Source: Saccostrea cucullata (Eukaryota). From it: a stretch of 64,000 nucleotides of DNA. Shown here one piece after another: positions 1-15,900 of the stretch; position 1 is the stretch's first letter; every line of letters begins with the position of its first letter. The notes beneath the pieces are model-generated. The model was given only the letters and a program-made list of their open reading frames with translations, ran no database searches and had not been told where the DNA came from. The position numbers and the translations under genes are program-made. Where the stretch lies: the NCBI RefSeq assembly GCF_032062105.1, contig NW_026920800.1, positions 62,001 through 126,000 of the forward strand, in the 5' to 3' direction.

Positions 1-879
1 CTAGCTATTACATCACTTTTTCTGTTCCAGTTAATACAGTATCAATAAAATAGAATGGAGGGACCCTCTATACACTGTACACCAAGACAAGGTCGCAAGT
101 GCTTTGTTTTTAAAATAAATAAATACCTGTATTGAAGTGAAATACACAGGTTTAATCACATAAAATTTCTTAAAATCATATATGCTGAAGATGATTGAAG
201 TTAATGAATACTTTATTTATGTTTTTTCTCAAAAAAAGTAAGCGTTGGGTGATTTTTAAACCTTAGATTGAATATAAGATGAAGATGAAACATTGTCACT
301 ATATATCTAATTATACCATGTAGTTTTCTAAAAGTTTTCATTAGTGTATGAGGGGTCCCTAAAATAAAATGTGATTCAGTGATAACTAGATAGACACAAA
401 GCATTTTTCTCATTGGTCAAATCTACAAAAGGAAGAGCCAAAGGCATAATCGTATGCATATCGTATGGACACATTGGTTTCCCCTTCTGTGTTACAGTAA
501 TAGGTGTAATCAGTTTTGTGTTGATTTGATGCAGATTGTACAAATAGTTTAAACAAACACAGTTGAAATATGGTTTATGTTTATCAATACATTGGTTAAC
601 AAGTTATGTTTGAGGAGCAGGAAAATATAATCTTTCCAATACTATTGAACAAAAGTCAACAATGTTATCAATATTGTTTCCTAAAGATAAAACACCATAA
701 ACATTACATAGTATAAAATTAGTGGCAGACCATGGTGCGGAAAAATGGTAACTAAATATTATTAATTGTAATTAAGAATAAAAAAGAGTAAAATAATTAG
801 TTAAAAAATAATTAAGTGAAAGAGAGAGGATAGAATATGGAGAAAAGGAGATTTTCACTATTGATGTATGTGTAAAAAC

Positions 880-916
<37 letters not shown>

Positions 917-3875
917 CAAGAACTTGTATAAATATTTGATCTACATTGTATTTGAAAATATAAAAAATATATTCATATCCAATTACATTATGAGGAGTTG
1001 TAAATTTTCCCAGCAAGTTCTCCAATTGTTCTGTTTGATGAAATGGAGATTAAGTTTTCTATCGGTGAAACGGGATAGGATAGGTGTTTTTAGGGTCTGT
1101 TAGTGCAGTCTTAATCACATGAAATTCTTTCCTACTTCCAAGTCAGGTGTTTAATTGTTCGTCTTTTGTTAGTGTCATTTCATCCATAGAGACTGTATGT
1201 ACAAGTGTTACTTGTTTGCTACTCATCTTTCCGATTTTGTCTGGCTTCTCTTATGAAGTGTGACACTGTTCATTTTTACAATGCAAACAGATTCTAGTGT
1301 GTGTTTTGATACAGAAAAAAATTTGCCCCAGACCAGAAAAAGGGTTCAACGAATTTATTTTGCATTTCCTCCCCCTTCCTGAAAGAGGAGTTAACTGTTT
1401 TCCCTTTGTTGTAGTGGAGTGCCGTATTTAGAATTTCTACTGATTGAACCAATATGAGCATTAGCAGGCTTTAATGAGTCTGGGTGAAAAATTAAATAGT
1501 TGGCAAAGCATAAAAGAATCAGTCGATGATATTGTCTTGTTAAAACAATCAAGCAGTTCTTGTTAACAGTAATAGTTAGCAAGCAGCAATGATTACTTCA
1601 TTTCAAATGCTGTCTGGCAAGTACTTGATTTATGTTTTGTAAATAAGGTGTAAGCAATAGAGGAGCATCATTAGATACACTGAGGCCGCTTACTTCCTGG
1701 GATTCCAATAACACCCTTGTTAACGTTCTCACAGCGAACTCGGCTGGCTTACAAGAAATCACATACATGTATCTAGATATTTTTCATCATCACTTAATGT
1801 TCACTAGCCTGTACTTTTTAGAGAGCACTTAAGGCAATAAAATGGTATCAACTTTTGTGTAAACATCATTATTCAGTTATTCAGAATAAATTCTGTTGTT
1901 AAATTTTTCATCGGGATTTTACCTCTATTTAATACAGCACAGTTCACCTTGGGGACAGAGATATTAGTGAATGCGCAGAAAGAGCGGCTGGAAAGAGTCT
2001 TGTAAATTGATAACACTCTAGATTTGAGCTATTGATCCGAGTTTTCCAGCCCTTTACATTTTTTCTGCCATTGTAATAAACAGAATATGCGTAATTGATT
2101 TGGGCTGTTGTTGTTGTTTGTAATGCGTAATTTTTTTTCAATCAAGAGATCACCTAGTGGCTATCCTTCTCATAATGATCTAGTTTCTTATTAATTGAAC
2201 TGTGAGACAATCCTATCATTTTATGTGAATTACCAGTATATTTATAACCACTACGACTTCTGATCAACTACATAAAATAGTGATCTGAGCTTTGGTCATA
2301 CACCAGAATTTGAACAGCGTGCGGTGAGAAAATTAGGGTGAAACTATGCACAAAAAATATTAAACTCTTTAGATAGCTTTCAACCCACATAGTGTAGCAT
2401 GTGTACATCACCATACATTAGCTGATAATGCTCTGGTGTTATCATTCTTGATATGGGTTGGACTGTTTTGTCTACATTAGAGAAATGTCTCTTATCATCA
2501 ACTCTTGTTGGGTTATGTTATAGATTTACATTCAAGTTTTTCCTCTTTGCTATAGCTGGGATTAGGAGCGTGTCATTGCAGCCCGGAGGACCGGGCTGCT
2601 CTATACATATAAGTTTAAGTGTTGGTGTATGGGGATTTGGGTGGGAGTAGTTATTTAGAATTAAAGGTTTTCTAAACATTGAAAAGATTGTTAATCATAA
2701 TGTTCTTTCCATTTATAAATTACGAGATGCATAATATATATACTTCCATAAAATGAATCTGTAAAAATATATATGTTTTTCATATTTAATACATAAAGTT
2801 GCTTATCATTTACTATCGAAAAAACGACAGGTCCCCTTTTTTAGAACATCGAATTTTACTTCTCGGATAAAAACGTACTCTGCACAGTTCGTGTTTCATA
2901 TTCTAAAATTGAAAATTGATACATTTTAGATATAGGTGATGCGTGTGTCTAACTTCAATTTATATTTTACGCAGCCAAGATTTACTTGAGGAATTGATCA
3001 AGTTTAAAGTGGTATCGTTTTTGATTGATTTTTATCCGACTACAACTTTTCAAAATATTATCGTCTCCATCAATTGGACGTATGCCTTTTCACACATATT
3101 GAAGCGGTTTGATGATCAAGACTCATTTTCATTGTTTACTTTATATATTTCCCGGGCGACAATTGATGGTTACATCAATGTTTTCTTGTTGTTTATAGAT
3201 ATAATGCCTAATTAATCCTTGTTCTTTTTTCTAAATCCAAGAGTTGTTCCTCTTTCATCCATAGTTTAATGTCTTATTATTCTCCCTTTCATCTTGGACA
3301 TTGGAATGCCGAGATTTTTCATTAGGGATGTAAAAAGTCAATCTGTATGATTCCTTTTCCCTTTCCACAGATGAACAGGAAATTTTTTTACATATATACA
3401 AATTGATCATGTTAAATGTATATATTTCAATAAGTATTAATTGTTTTCCTGGTTAAATCACTTTTTAAAATGTATAATTTTAGTGTACACTAAAGTCCTT
3501 CTAAATTATGAAAATCCTCTTTTTCCTTTTTCCAGAAAATGATATCTGCAATTCGTTTTCGAGTTGATCACAAAACAAAACCAAAGGAAAACTGAAGAGT
3601 GAACATTTCCACGTAGCTACCCTGGATCCTGAGATGTAGACATACTAAAGTGGCGACATGGATGTCAGTCAAAGGAAACTGATTGGAAACAATAGACCAG
3701 AAGCTTCTACCTCAGTTTAAAAATACCAGACAGTGTTAAAATTAGGAAGCAACTGACATTTTTATGATGTGAAAAACAAGTGTTGCTCCTAAAAGTCTTC
3801 TCTATGACAAATCCATGACAAACTGTTACAAAGGATGTAAAAGATAAAGAATAGGGATCAAACAATTCCAGCATC

Positions 3876-3935
3876 ATGAATGAAATGGAAAGACACATTC
3901 AACAAACCAATGACCGCCTCAGCTGTATCAAACAG
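3876..3935 (+). CDS. ZMIZ1: ZMIZ1 coding exon 1 ([20 protein letters not shown])
   Basis: ATG at 3876, CAG|GTATG donor, phase 0; matches the conserved ZMIZ1 N-terminus. Likely acceptor upstream at 3535. Confidence 0.93.
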
Positions 3936-6900
3936 GTATGTTGATATCCCAGGTCATACCTTGACCTTTTGCTTGCAGTCTTTACTTGTAATTTTAGCTC
4001 ACTTGAGCTGAAAGAGGACTATCTAAGTTGTTAGAATTTGTGTCCGATCCCTTTGACATATTGTCAATAAAATATGTTCAAAACAAAGCTCAAGTGAGCC
4101 TTACTGATCACCAGGAGTCCGGCATCTGTCCATCCATCTAGCTGTCTGTCTGTCCATCTGTAAACTTAGCACATTTTCATCTTCTCAAAAAACCCACTGT
4201 TCCAATTTTAACCAAAGTTGGTACAAAGCATCATTTGTCAAAGTGGGAGGGAGATAATCTACAAACTTAAAAATAGGGTGGGGGTAATAAAAAGATTTTC
4301 TTTGCAAGAACAACTGGACCTTTCTGAAACTTGTGGAAGCTTTCTGAAGAATTGTAGATTCTAAATTGTTAAAATCATGCCCCCCTCCCCAAGATTTGAT
4401 AAGGCCATAGTAGAGATTATATAGGGAAAAATTGTTGAAACTCCATATTAATGTGGAAGCATCCTCTGGTAGTTATAGATGCATTTTTGTTCAGCCCCTG
4501 TGTATAGGATGGGACAACAAAAAGTGATAAAAAAATACACAGAGGAATGCATGTAAGTTAATTGGAAATCTGAAGCAGGGCAGCTGAGCCAAACTGGCTC
4601 ATTTTAATTAATATATAACCCCAGAGTTATCATGTTGCTTCAATCTTTATATAATTTTCAATTTCAAAAATGATATAATTTTTATTTCTTTATTCATTTT
4701 TTTGTACTTCACTAATTTTTTGTTTTTTTTTTTGGAAAAAAGATCTTTCAAAAATTAATACAATAAAAAACAATACAATATTGCCAGTAAAGCGAAAGCA
4801 ATCAGACAATTTATCTAGAAAGATTATTACACAGAATAACAAAAGTCTGGCTAGAAAGCAACAACATTACAAATGTGAAAATCATCAAGCGATGTACAGA
4901 CATGCTGCCAAAAAATAGACCCTATTTTCTCTTCATAGCAGAAAAGCAGTGCTAGCAGTGAAAAAGAACACAGCTATCTCTCAACAATAAAAGATGTATT
5001 TATGGATAGGTTCAAGCGTATTGAAATGATGAGAAACACCTGCAAAGAAAAAAAAAATTGGGAGGCAGATAATATAAGAGAGATTCTGTAAATAGAATAA
5101 GCAGCATTAAAAAACAAATTAACACTGCAAAGCATACACTCCCTTTAGCCCTGCTTTAAGTAACAATTTTTCTTCAATTTGCCATGCCGAAAATTTACTT
5201 CTAAGCAGAATTTATTTTTACATTATTCAAGTATACTTTTGTGTAAATTGACCTTTTAAGAAATTAGAACTAAATAATTTGGCATTTGTGTTTGGAAATA
5301 GGACTATGCAAATTAATATTGATGATATAAACACTTTAGCAATAGGCTATTCCTTGCAGACATGGTATCTACTTATTAAATGACCAAATCATTCAATTTT
5401 CTTAAATGGAAATTTTAGATGTATAAAGAAATTTATTATATCAATGACTTTTGAATTTATGAACTGTGAACAGATAAAAAAATCAATTATTGAAATGTTC
5501 TTAAGAATCTTTGACAAAAGATGGAAGTTCAAAAACTTTTGAACTCAAAATGTCAACACTGAGCACCAGCATTAAAAAAGGTTATGTCAAAATTGCAAAA
5601 TAGACAATGCTAAATGATATCTGAAGCAAAAGATGGATCTATTTTCTTGTAGGGTAACCATCTTTACAACCAAACTGACCTTTCCTTGATCCTAATCTAA
5701 AAATAAAACAGAATCCAAAGAGAATGTTATTCATTTGAGCTAGTATCCAAATAATCAGTTTGACAAATAGCTTTAATCACTGACTTTCAATGTGATTTTT
5801 TTAAAAAAAATATTTCATGGTCTTTCCACATTTGTTACGAGATTTTGTCAAAATATTGGTTTGTATCTAAAATTGCTGCACCTGCTGAAACTGTGTAGAA
5901 ATATGCTGAGTATCTGAACATGTGCACTGGAATATCAAGTTAGTGAAGAAATCTGAGAGTGTCTTTTGAGCTGTTACGGCTGCCAAACCATGCTCTGTTT
6001 TCTTAGCTGTTAACTTATTCTTACCACATTGCAGATGTTGAATCAAAGCAGTTCACAGCAGAACATTAAAAACTGTCAATTATGTCTTTGCAAAAGAAAC
6101 ATGAAATTGTCTATATGCAATATGTTCTAAGAAATGAAGGTCAAATCAAGACCGTGAAATTTTGATGGATTTTTTAAATAATGTCATATTACACAATTGT
6201 TTATGTGAGAGTTTTAGGCTGACCTGAGATACTTGATGAAAACTTATGTCATATATTTTCTGTATGTTTGTTCCCTCTATCCAATGGCAGACTAATTTCC
6301 CCCATTTTTCTTGAAAGCAAAGGGTTTGTCTGTTTGTCTGTCATGAAAATTTTAATCTTGGCCATACCTTTTGAAGGAGAAAAGATAAGGTATAAATATT
6401 TTACATGTACATCACATGTGACAATTTTAGAACCATTTAAAATTCAGTATGATTTTTTTATGCCATGACCTTGATCTTTATTATGATTTTTGATGCCATG
6501 ACCTTGACCCTTTAGATTGACCTTCTTTTCAAAATTTCTAACATTGTTGATAACTTTTGGGTGATAAAAGATATGGCATTCATATTTTGCATTACATGTA
6601 CCTGTAAAAAAAAAATCATGCAAAGCATGCACTTTTCAAAGAGGAGCTGATAAAGATTATTAAGTAATTATTAAAAGTTCTTTAGACGTGTTGAATTATC
6701 TAAAAACCATGCATTATTTTAATATCTCTTCAGCACTTGGGGTCCCCGGGAGCCTTTCAGAATGCTGCTCGTGAGCTTCTAGACTGGTGCTCTGACCTGC
6801 GGGCCTTCCAGCGGCCGTTTGAAGGAAGTCTGATGCAGTGTCTCACAGTAAGTAATCATAAAGGGAACTAGATTACAACAACTGTATTGTCAGACCCTGC

Positions 6901-9900
6901 ACAGAAAAACTTAACCTTTGAAATATGTCTGCAGAGGGAAACAAAACTTAATGCGTGTAATACATGTAGTACTTTGGAGGCCTACATAAAATATTGTTTG
7001 TTTGCAGTTGTCTACTGACTCTCGAAGATTGCACCTGGCCAAATTTTTTTTTAAAAGCATTAATCAAAAATCCATTTCAAAGCCTACTTTTTTTCCTATT
7101 TTCTTACATGCTTTTTAAAAAAATCATATTTATATACTTGAATGTAAACATGTAAATGTTCCATTAAAATGTGTGTGGCTTGTACAGATGGTAAGAGCCT
7201 GCTGTTTATCTGTTGTGAGTGTTATCAAACAAACAGATACACCTAGAGTGATAACAAAATACATGTAGCTCATTAATACCTCCATCCACCAGGCTGAGTT
7301 ATCCTGGCCTCTTAATAGATTTAATACCAGAGTGATCCAAGATAATTCTTAAACAAGTGATTAAATGAATTTTCTTTAAAAAAATTCTGTGATTAATGTT
7401 TAGTTTTAAGTACCTAGGTATGTGCTCTTTATATCTGCTAAAAATTAGTTTTTAGAGAATAATTATAATTCAATTAAATGAGGACATTAATCAGTAACAC
7501 TTTATTGGATAAGCAATGATATAAAGTTGTACAAATCAATGGTTCAATGTTCATGTTATTGAATCATACAAGTTGGTATAAAGTGGACAATTTAATTGGC
7601 AGATTGCTCTTGGATGCATGAGGGCACGCCAATTGTGAGAGGATACAAGATAGTCCTGATATATTCTCTGAAGTACTTTCTCTTCAAAATAAATTGTGAT
7701 TTTTTTTTCAGTATAGATCCATATAAATGAACAAAAACTTTCAAATGCTTAGTCTTTAGCAGGATCAAAGATTAATTCATATTTAATTCATAAATGTGTT
7801 CGAAATGTTTTGCCCTAATTTGGAGTGGATTTCATCATCACTATCTTCTGTAAGATTGGAGGGGGGGGGGGGAAATGGTTCATTTTTCAATCACTGCTGA
7901 CCATCTCTTAATTTTCTACCTTGTATTCTTTTCCTTCATCTTCAGGACATTGCTTTGTTTCCATAAGCTGCTGTAAGTCTGTAACCCCTCCCTACACTCC
8001 ACCCCAGCCAACATAACATCACCTTCTCTACTGCCTAATCCCTCTCTGTATTTATTTATCTCCTACTGTAATGAAGGAAAGTGATGGGATTTACATAAGT
8101 GTTGATAATTTTCTTTCTTGTATGTGATGCACTTTGTTTTATGCCAACAATGACAAACAATATTTATCATATCATATATTAACTGGCATTTGTGAGGTAC
8201 TTGGCTTTTATAGGGTTATTTTCGCTTCAAATTATGTTATCTAAAGGAATATACAGTAAAAACTATGTAAACTGACACCTATGTAATCCATATGTTTACC
8301 ATGAATTCCAACCTTGATTTTCATTTTCACTTGTTTTCCATGTTCTTAACCTTGTTTAAACTGACACCCTGTCTATTCTGACACAATTTTTTTAGTCCCC
8401 AGTGCATGTCAGATTAGACAGATTTCACTGTACATGTAATTACATTCATCAGACTAATAGTATATCATTATCTGACTAACTAAATAGTAAACTTTTCTGC
8501 AGTTATTTTCAGATATATAAACAAATTGTATTGCTCCCTATATTAAAGCTTTTAAATGATAAAATCACAAAAATTTTAAAAACCGCAGATATTAGTTGTG
8601 AGATGGAAATCTTAAGTGATACGTATCAGGTAATGAAAACATAACAGTGAAGACCTTGCTGTTAAATCTATTGATTTGTCGATATCTGATAAAGAATAAA
8701 ATGTACAGTGAGGTATAATGTGACACTTGGTATGATGTGTCTACAGACCTATCTCCCGAGCATGGTAATTGATGCCCTCTTATCACAGACATTTTATTGG
8801 TTATGCATTATTTATTTACCTAGCTGTATCTAAGATGTATTGTCCTCCTTCTAAATGTATATTGATTCACTGAAGGGGCCATGTGAGCATCTATTACTGA
8901 GATGACAGAAGTGAACTGGGGACATCCCCTGGAGGAAGAAGCAAAGGGGGATAATTCATGTCATGTGAATTTATGTATAAATAAAGAGAAATAAGGGGGA
9001 ATCATATGTATATACACCATGTTGGAATGGCATTGATAACCATCATTCAAATAAGGATTTTGTCAAGTCTGGAAGCATGTGGGAAATCTTGCTTAAGTAG
9101 GACAGCTAATTATATGCAAGAATTATCATGTAATCCCAGGGTGCTTAATTATCACTTTATAAACTAAGTGGAAACGCATTCCCTTCAATTACAATATTTA
9201 AAAAATTCTGTAGTTTTGACTGTTTTACCACTTCAGCTATCCTCCTTAAGTAATTACATTTGCTTAAATGTTACGTTCCATGAAGTTCAAGATCTTTTTA
9301 ATTACTCAGTCTCACTTTTTCCCTATATCGATGACTTATTTGGATTGAGTTGGTCATTTAAAGATTTTTTTATATTCCTAAATGGCTTTTTTTTGGAAAT
9401 TGATATTATAATCTCTGACTAGACAAGTTCCTATAATATCTAAAAACGTGTAATCTGTGTCTGTTATGAATTTGTACGGCATGTAACCACTAGATATCAT
9501 CTTCAAGCAATAAAATCGTAGAGGGAGTTGAAAAGGTCCACAAAATTTACACTGAATATGAGATGAGATTGATCTATTTAAGTCCTCAACTAATTGTGAT
9601 TTAAAGCGTTTGTTATAATTTTGAATTCACTATTGTTTTTTATTGATTTAAGGTTCTGTATTGAGTAATGAGTGGATGTCCTTAAATCTGGGATTTTCAC
9701 ACCTGCAGTAGACCTTTCCCTTACCCATTATTGGTTTTTCTTCCTTTGGGACTGAGTAAAAAACAATAAGGATAAAGTGCTCACTGATAGCTTTTGCTTT
9801 TTCTGGTTACTGGTACAATTATAATATTTAGTGCTATTTGGTCAAATGTATATATTTACTGGATAGGTCATGATTCTTTGGAGAATATAAAAATTAAGGA

Positions 9901-12900
9901 GTTCACATTGTCTAGTAACTAACTTGCAAAGGTTATGGAACTTATGTTTCTCCCATTAATATCAACTATGTTTAATCATTCCATTTATTCTTTTTCTTGT
10001 TCAAACACATAGAATGATTCAGTTTGGCTTCCCTCACCACTGGATTCAGTTCACTTGTCATTTTGCTAGTCAAAGGTTTTGGATACAGGGGGCAAGTGGA
10101 CCGAAAACCCTTGGCTAGAGAAGATGGGCAAACTTGATGAAAATCAAAAAAATAAAGATAATGGAGATCAAGAACTGCATGGCTGCTAACTTGCATTTGA
10201 GTAGTTAAATAAATATTTTTATTAAAAATGATAAATCTTAATTAGTCAGTCTGAGATAATTATTATCACAAAACAAAAAAAATCCGATGGTGTTGAAACA
10301 GACATTGGTAATGATGCTGGAAGTAGACGGGATATAACCATGATAACCGCATCATTTCCTGTCTGGATGATCAATATGCCTAATGCCAGTTTTAATAATT
10401 ACTGCTCCCAATATCAATTGGATGGTGTTTAGCCATGCTGTGTTTATTGATCCAATATGAAATTTTCTTTGCTACTTGCATTTCATGAATTACTTTAATT
10501 TGGTCAAGAGAATTAGATAAAATTGTCAGTAATATCAATTATTAGGATAGGATTAATGATTTTAGCTCACCTGATTAAAAGGGCTACTTAGGTTAGCAAA
10601 CATTAGAAAGGATTTTAAACATGCAGTATAAATGTTGATTTAGTTTTTAATATGATAAAGCATATTTCAAAATTTGTGCACTGATGCAGTCTTCTTGATA
10701 ACAGTCAATGCAGCAGGAAAGTTTGTCTTTCCCTAATTAACATGCAAGTTCAAACTTAATTCTTTTTTTAAATTGGTTATTTTTTTTTTTAATTACTTCA
10801 AAGGAATTTTATGTCCTGTTATGAATTTGGCCAGGGCATATACTGGCAGTATTCATAATGTCCATCCTTTGTCCTTCCATTTTTTTCTGTCATTGCATCA
10901 CACATTGTATTTTGCTCAGTTTCAAAGAAATTGAAGGTATTTTCATAATTTTTTTATTCAAATTGATGAGGGTTATTCAACTGCATCAACATTTTTTGGC
11001 CTTAATAGACCTTTGACCTTTATTATTCATTGTGAATAAATTTCATTTTAAAAAGGAAACTTGCAAAATATTTTCATCAAACTTCATGCACCAATATAAA
11101 TTTTCATGTTTCATTATTGAAGCCTGGACAGACTTTGGGTGTATTTTTATGCACCCAGATTGATAGATCAGGGGTGCGTATTGTTTTTGTCCTGTCTGGC
11201 TGTATGTCTGTCTGTTGTTAACTTTAACCTTCACCGTAACTTTTGAACCATGAGAGATAGAGACTTCATATTTGGTAAGCTTACTCCACTAATAAAGTTC
11301 TCTTTAAAAAGATATCAAGGTCAATGACCTTGTGAATTTGACTGTGACCTATATGCTAAAAAATAGCTTTTTCGGACTTTGTTGCCTCTGGGTGCATAGA
11401 GTTTCACAAACGTATCTTGTTTGTTTCTTAAATTGCAGTTGATGTTAGGGGAGAATGTTTTTCTACAAGTCAGTGTACATTAAATCTGTTATACACTAAC
11501 AGGTATCCAAGATGGTTTATGTAATGATAAAAAATGTCTTGTACTTTCAGATTGTGAGTCAAGTTGCCCCACAACCTGGATATGACCTTGACCTGGGTTA
11601 CAGATTACTTGCAGTTTGTGCAGCACACAGAGACAAGTTTTCAACCAAGTCAGCAGGTTAGCAATCTACAAAAATAGTAAAGTCACACTAACAGCAAATG
11701 TATTAACCATGGATATTCATGCCTTTATTTCGAATATATAAACACAAAATAAGATATAGTACAAATCCCATTTAATCAAGTATATGTATATAATAAGATA
11801 TGGTACAAATCCCATTTAATCAAGTACATGTATATGTATGTAAAATTTACTTTGAGGATAAAGCATCAATCAACTTTATATGAAATATTCCTGCAGCTAT
11901 CATGCTACAAAGAATATTTTAGCACATTCAATATATCATGAAATCAGAAATGACTTGCAAAGACATTTATTCATTTGAAAGAGCAGATATAATCTTGATT
12001 ATGGGCAAAATGAAAACTATAGACAATATTGTTTTGAAATTCTCTCTGCCTCTGCTCAAAGTGAAGTGAATCATGAACATTTTCAATTCAAAATCAATTT
12101 TGAACACAGGCATATCTTGCATTTTACTTACAAATGAGTTGCACACATCACCCTCAATTACCAAGGGTTTATCCATTCTAACTTTATGGAACACTGTCCC
12201 TATCTCCATTGATATACTGTAAAAGTACATTTTTCCACATGGTATTAATTTACGCTATGTACACAGTCACAAATTTTCAGTGGAAATTTGTCCAAGCATA
12301 TTTAATATAAATGCAAGGATATAGTGACCCTCTGAGAAATTTGCGTTATTTTCAACCCGCGGATTAAACGGAAATTGATTTTCCGCGGAATTATGACCCC
12401 GTGGAAAAAAGTACGTCTACAGTAATTATTACTTTTACAAAAAAGTAAGCATTCATGGAAGAGATTTTTTTTTCTTGGACCATGTACAGATGTATATGAA
12501 AATCTCAGTAACTATCTAAATGTACATACATGTACATGTATTTACATTCAGTTCTTATAATACAGTTTTACTTAATTTGAATATAAATATATATTAAATT
12601 TCCATTTCTCTCAGTTATTTCTCCTTTTTTTATAGCAGCATGGAAAATCATTTAATGTATCAACTACAGCGTATAAGGGGAATTTTAGCCAGACGCGCAA
12701 ATTTTAAAAAGTCAGGTTTTAAATAAGGCGAGAAGTAGTTATACCAATTTTATGACTCTTGGAACAATGAAAACCTTTAATACAAAATAAATTGTTAGTA
12801 AAAATTTAATTTTAGCGGACTCGACACCCCCGTTAAGAATGCCAAAATTCTTCCTAAATTTTCTGCTTATACAGTGTATAAGGCATTGATAAAAATTCAT

Positions 12901-15900
12901 TAATTAAAGTTACACTTGATTAGGGATGAAAACAAATTTATCTTTTAATTCAGGTAGGCTAAAAAGGGAGTGTTATTTATTTGTGACAGATAGATCTTTA
13001 ACCAGGTATCGATCAACTATTGATTTGCTCCCCATTAAATGACAGCTATATATCCTTAAATATCACAATATGTGCACACAGCAAATAGAAATCGATGTGG
13101 TCGTCTTCTAGCAGTCTGTGTTGAGCCCTCATACCTAATTGCTTTGCTTTTATTCAATACAAAGGAATCTGTTAGGCAGAAAATGTTTCTATTGCATACT
13201 CTTTTTTTATGGTGCTGACACATGTGATTAAGCAAAAAAGTTACATCAGCGATGAGGATTTGTTCCTCGACATCAATATTTTATTTTCATTTCTGCTGTT
13301 TATTGATTTGAAATGGGAGCTTGGTATTGTCTCTGCTGTAAGCAATGCGCAGAGATATATTGGGTGATCAGAATCCAAAAAAAAAAAGAAGATACTTCCA
13401 AGAGTTATAGTTCTTAGAATGTTAGGTACGTGAGGCTAGCTATTTGATCTTTTATCAATCAATTACTGTGACGATTTGAATGATAGATGATTACAGCGTA
13501 GTGGGTGTCTGGGAGTGATTACCAACAGCATGTGGCACAGACTTCAAAATTATAAATGATACTTAATTACACATCATTTTAGGTTACAGATAGTTATATT
13601 TGTCATCGTTCAGGTCAGAATTTGTATCGCCTGTAAATGAAGAGATTTTTGAAACAATTAAGTTAATTTCAATTAAATCGTTTTCCTGAATATGATAAAA
13701 TGAGGAAAGGGGGGAATAAATACACAGATTAAATGATAAACTGCATGGACATTTCCCAGCTGTAAACAGATGTAGCTATTTTGATATTTTTTTTGAAAAG
13801 CTTTGAATCATTTGTCCAGTCGGTGCTGATATTGATTAAGGTGGTGGCAGCCATGTCCAAGCTCTAATGAATCGAGTTCATCACAGAGGAGAGAGACCAG
13901 ATTAATAGGAATTGTTTCACTTGACAGATGGGATAATGGGATTTATCCGTTTTTACCCTAATAATCTCATTTAGAGGCAGGGAGCGGGATCCCGACATGG
14001 CCAGGTCCTGTCGCAGCACAGATTTCTCCTATAAAGGAAGTGCTCACATCACCAATTGATTTTCATTTAAGGCTTCATATGGTACTTAAATCAAAAACAA
14101 CACATCACACACAAAATTTGCCTTTCTAAACTCTAATGATTTTTATAATGGAATGGTGACTTTTTTTATTTGTTATCGGTAATTTATTTGATTCTGAAAT
14201 TGTGCTTACATGTTACTGAAGTGTCAATCCCTTTGAACTTTAAAACTTGGGAAGAGATAGATGAATAAAAATGTTTAAGTTTATAGTTGTTTTCTTGTTT
14301 GCCCACATCAACAGTGTAATTGATCTAACCAATTAACTAGCTGTCTGGTAAAAGCCATGCTTACTTCTTTAAGAATTAGACAAAGTTGTTCCAGCAAATG
14401 AATTGTTGAATTTCAAAAAACAGGTAGCAAGTGCTGCTTTTTAAATTGCAAGCAAGACCACAACAAAATAAGGGGGGAATTCTGCTTCCATGTGCAAAGA
14501 CCTAAAAATCTGTGTGTCCCTCAGTAAGTTTTGATGGGGTTTCTTTATGTCAAATTTACAGTCAAGACCTAATTGTAATGATCAGCTTAAATGTTACTGT
14601 CTGATATTGCACATTATACCAAAGGGCTAGTGATGAACCTTGAAGCAATATTTTGAAAAATTAATTAAATCATTTTCACAGATATTTGTTTAACCTGCAA
14701 CCACTGTTTGCATATAGTGAATAAAGGTTACCTATTAATAAACCAAATCTTTATTAGGTCAATGCTCTAATAAAGCCTCATGCATTCTGCATTCTGACGT
14801 GTTTCAAGCATTATGACATCATGTAGTTTGTATAGTTTATGCCATGGCTGAAGAATTGCGACTAAATTCATTGAAAATACATGTAGCTTGTTTTAAATGT
14901 AACACTGTGCTGCAGGATAAAAAAAATACATGGCTATACTGTCTTGAAATGTAAGCGATATTTGGGCTAACTGGGTCAAAAATGTGAGGGAGGGCTCTAC
15001 AAGTCTCAAGTCCTCTACGACTTTTTCTTATACCCTCACCCAAATATTGCATATATATATTTCAAAACAGTATAACCATGGATTTTATATAATCTCATTC
15101 TTACTTGAAGGTATTTGCAATGCAAATTTAAATCATAGCAGATTAAATTTACACAAAAGATGCACATTTGAATGATGATGATTCAGAAAATTAAGAAAGT
15201 CAACATGGAAAAGAAAAAGTAATAAAATCCTTGGATGATCCAGCATGAATTAAGTAAGAGTTGTAGATTTCCACAGATCAAAGTTATATACATGAAATGA
15301 AATTTTTGTCCCTTTTTCTTTTCTGTTTACTTGATAATTAATGTCCATCTCGAACGTCAGTTGGGAAAAATCCTATTCTCTGTCCTTATATCATATGTCA
15401 AAAAAAATTATGCTAGCTCGCTACTGTCACTTTGACCTGGCAAAAAAATGAGGATTCCCCCCTCTCCCCTCAATTTTCCAAGAAATTTTCTCAACTGGAC
15501 ATGTACAGGTGAGAAACTTAAACCTCCTTTGACCTTGAATGTTGAATATTTCCTCCCAAATAAAATATCTATCAGGCCTCATTTTTTTCTAACAATGCAT
15601 ACAGGGGATGAATGTTAAACACACCTGGTATAATTGATCAGGAATATTGCACTGTGAAAGTGATGGTACGTACAATATTATATGTATCAAAGACATTTTT
15701 CTGGATGGAGGAAGTGTATAAAAACAACCCCAACATTTCTTATAACTAATTGCAGTCAGTGACAAAAAGGTGGAATCTTCATGGATGCCTGCCAACATGT
15801 GAATGCCCAGTAAAATCCTTTTCCCGTCAATTTTTCTGTTTTTGTGGACTCCTTACCAATTAATCACACAATAAAAAACATGATTATAAATTTATAATGC

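Noticed and set aside
1-3535. ZMIZ1 promoter or upstream non-coding exons
   Set aside because: Probably present here or further upstream, but no boundaries can be supported from sequence alone.
11748-11830. 44-bp tandem duplication near exon 3 (a similar ~82-bp one at 60590-60720)
   Set aside because: Ordinary slippage-type duplications with no functional signal.
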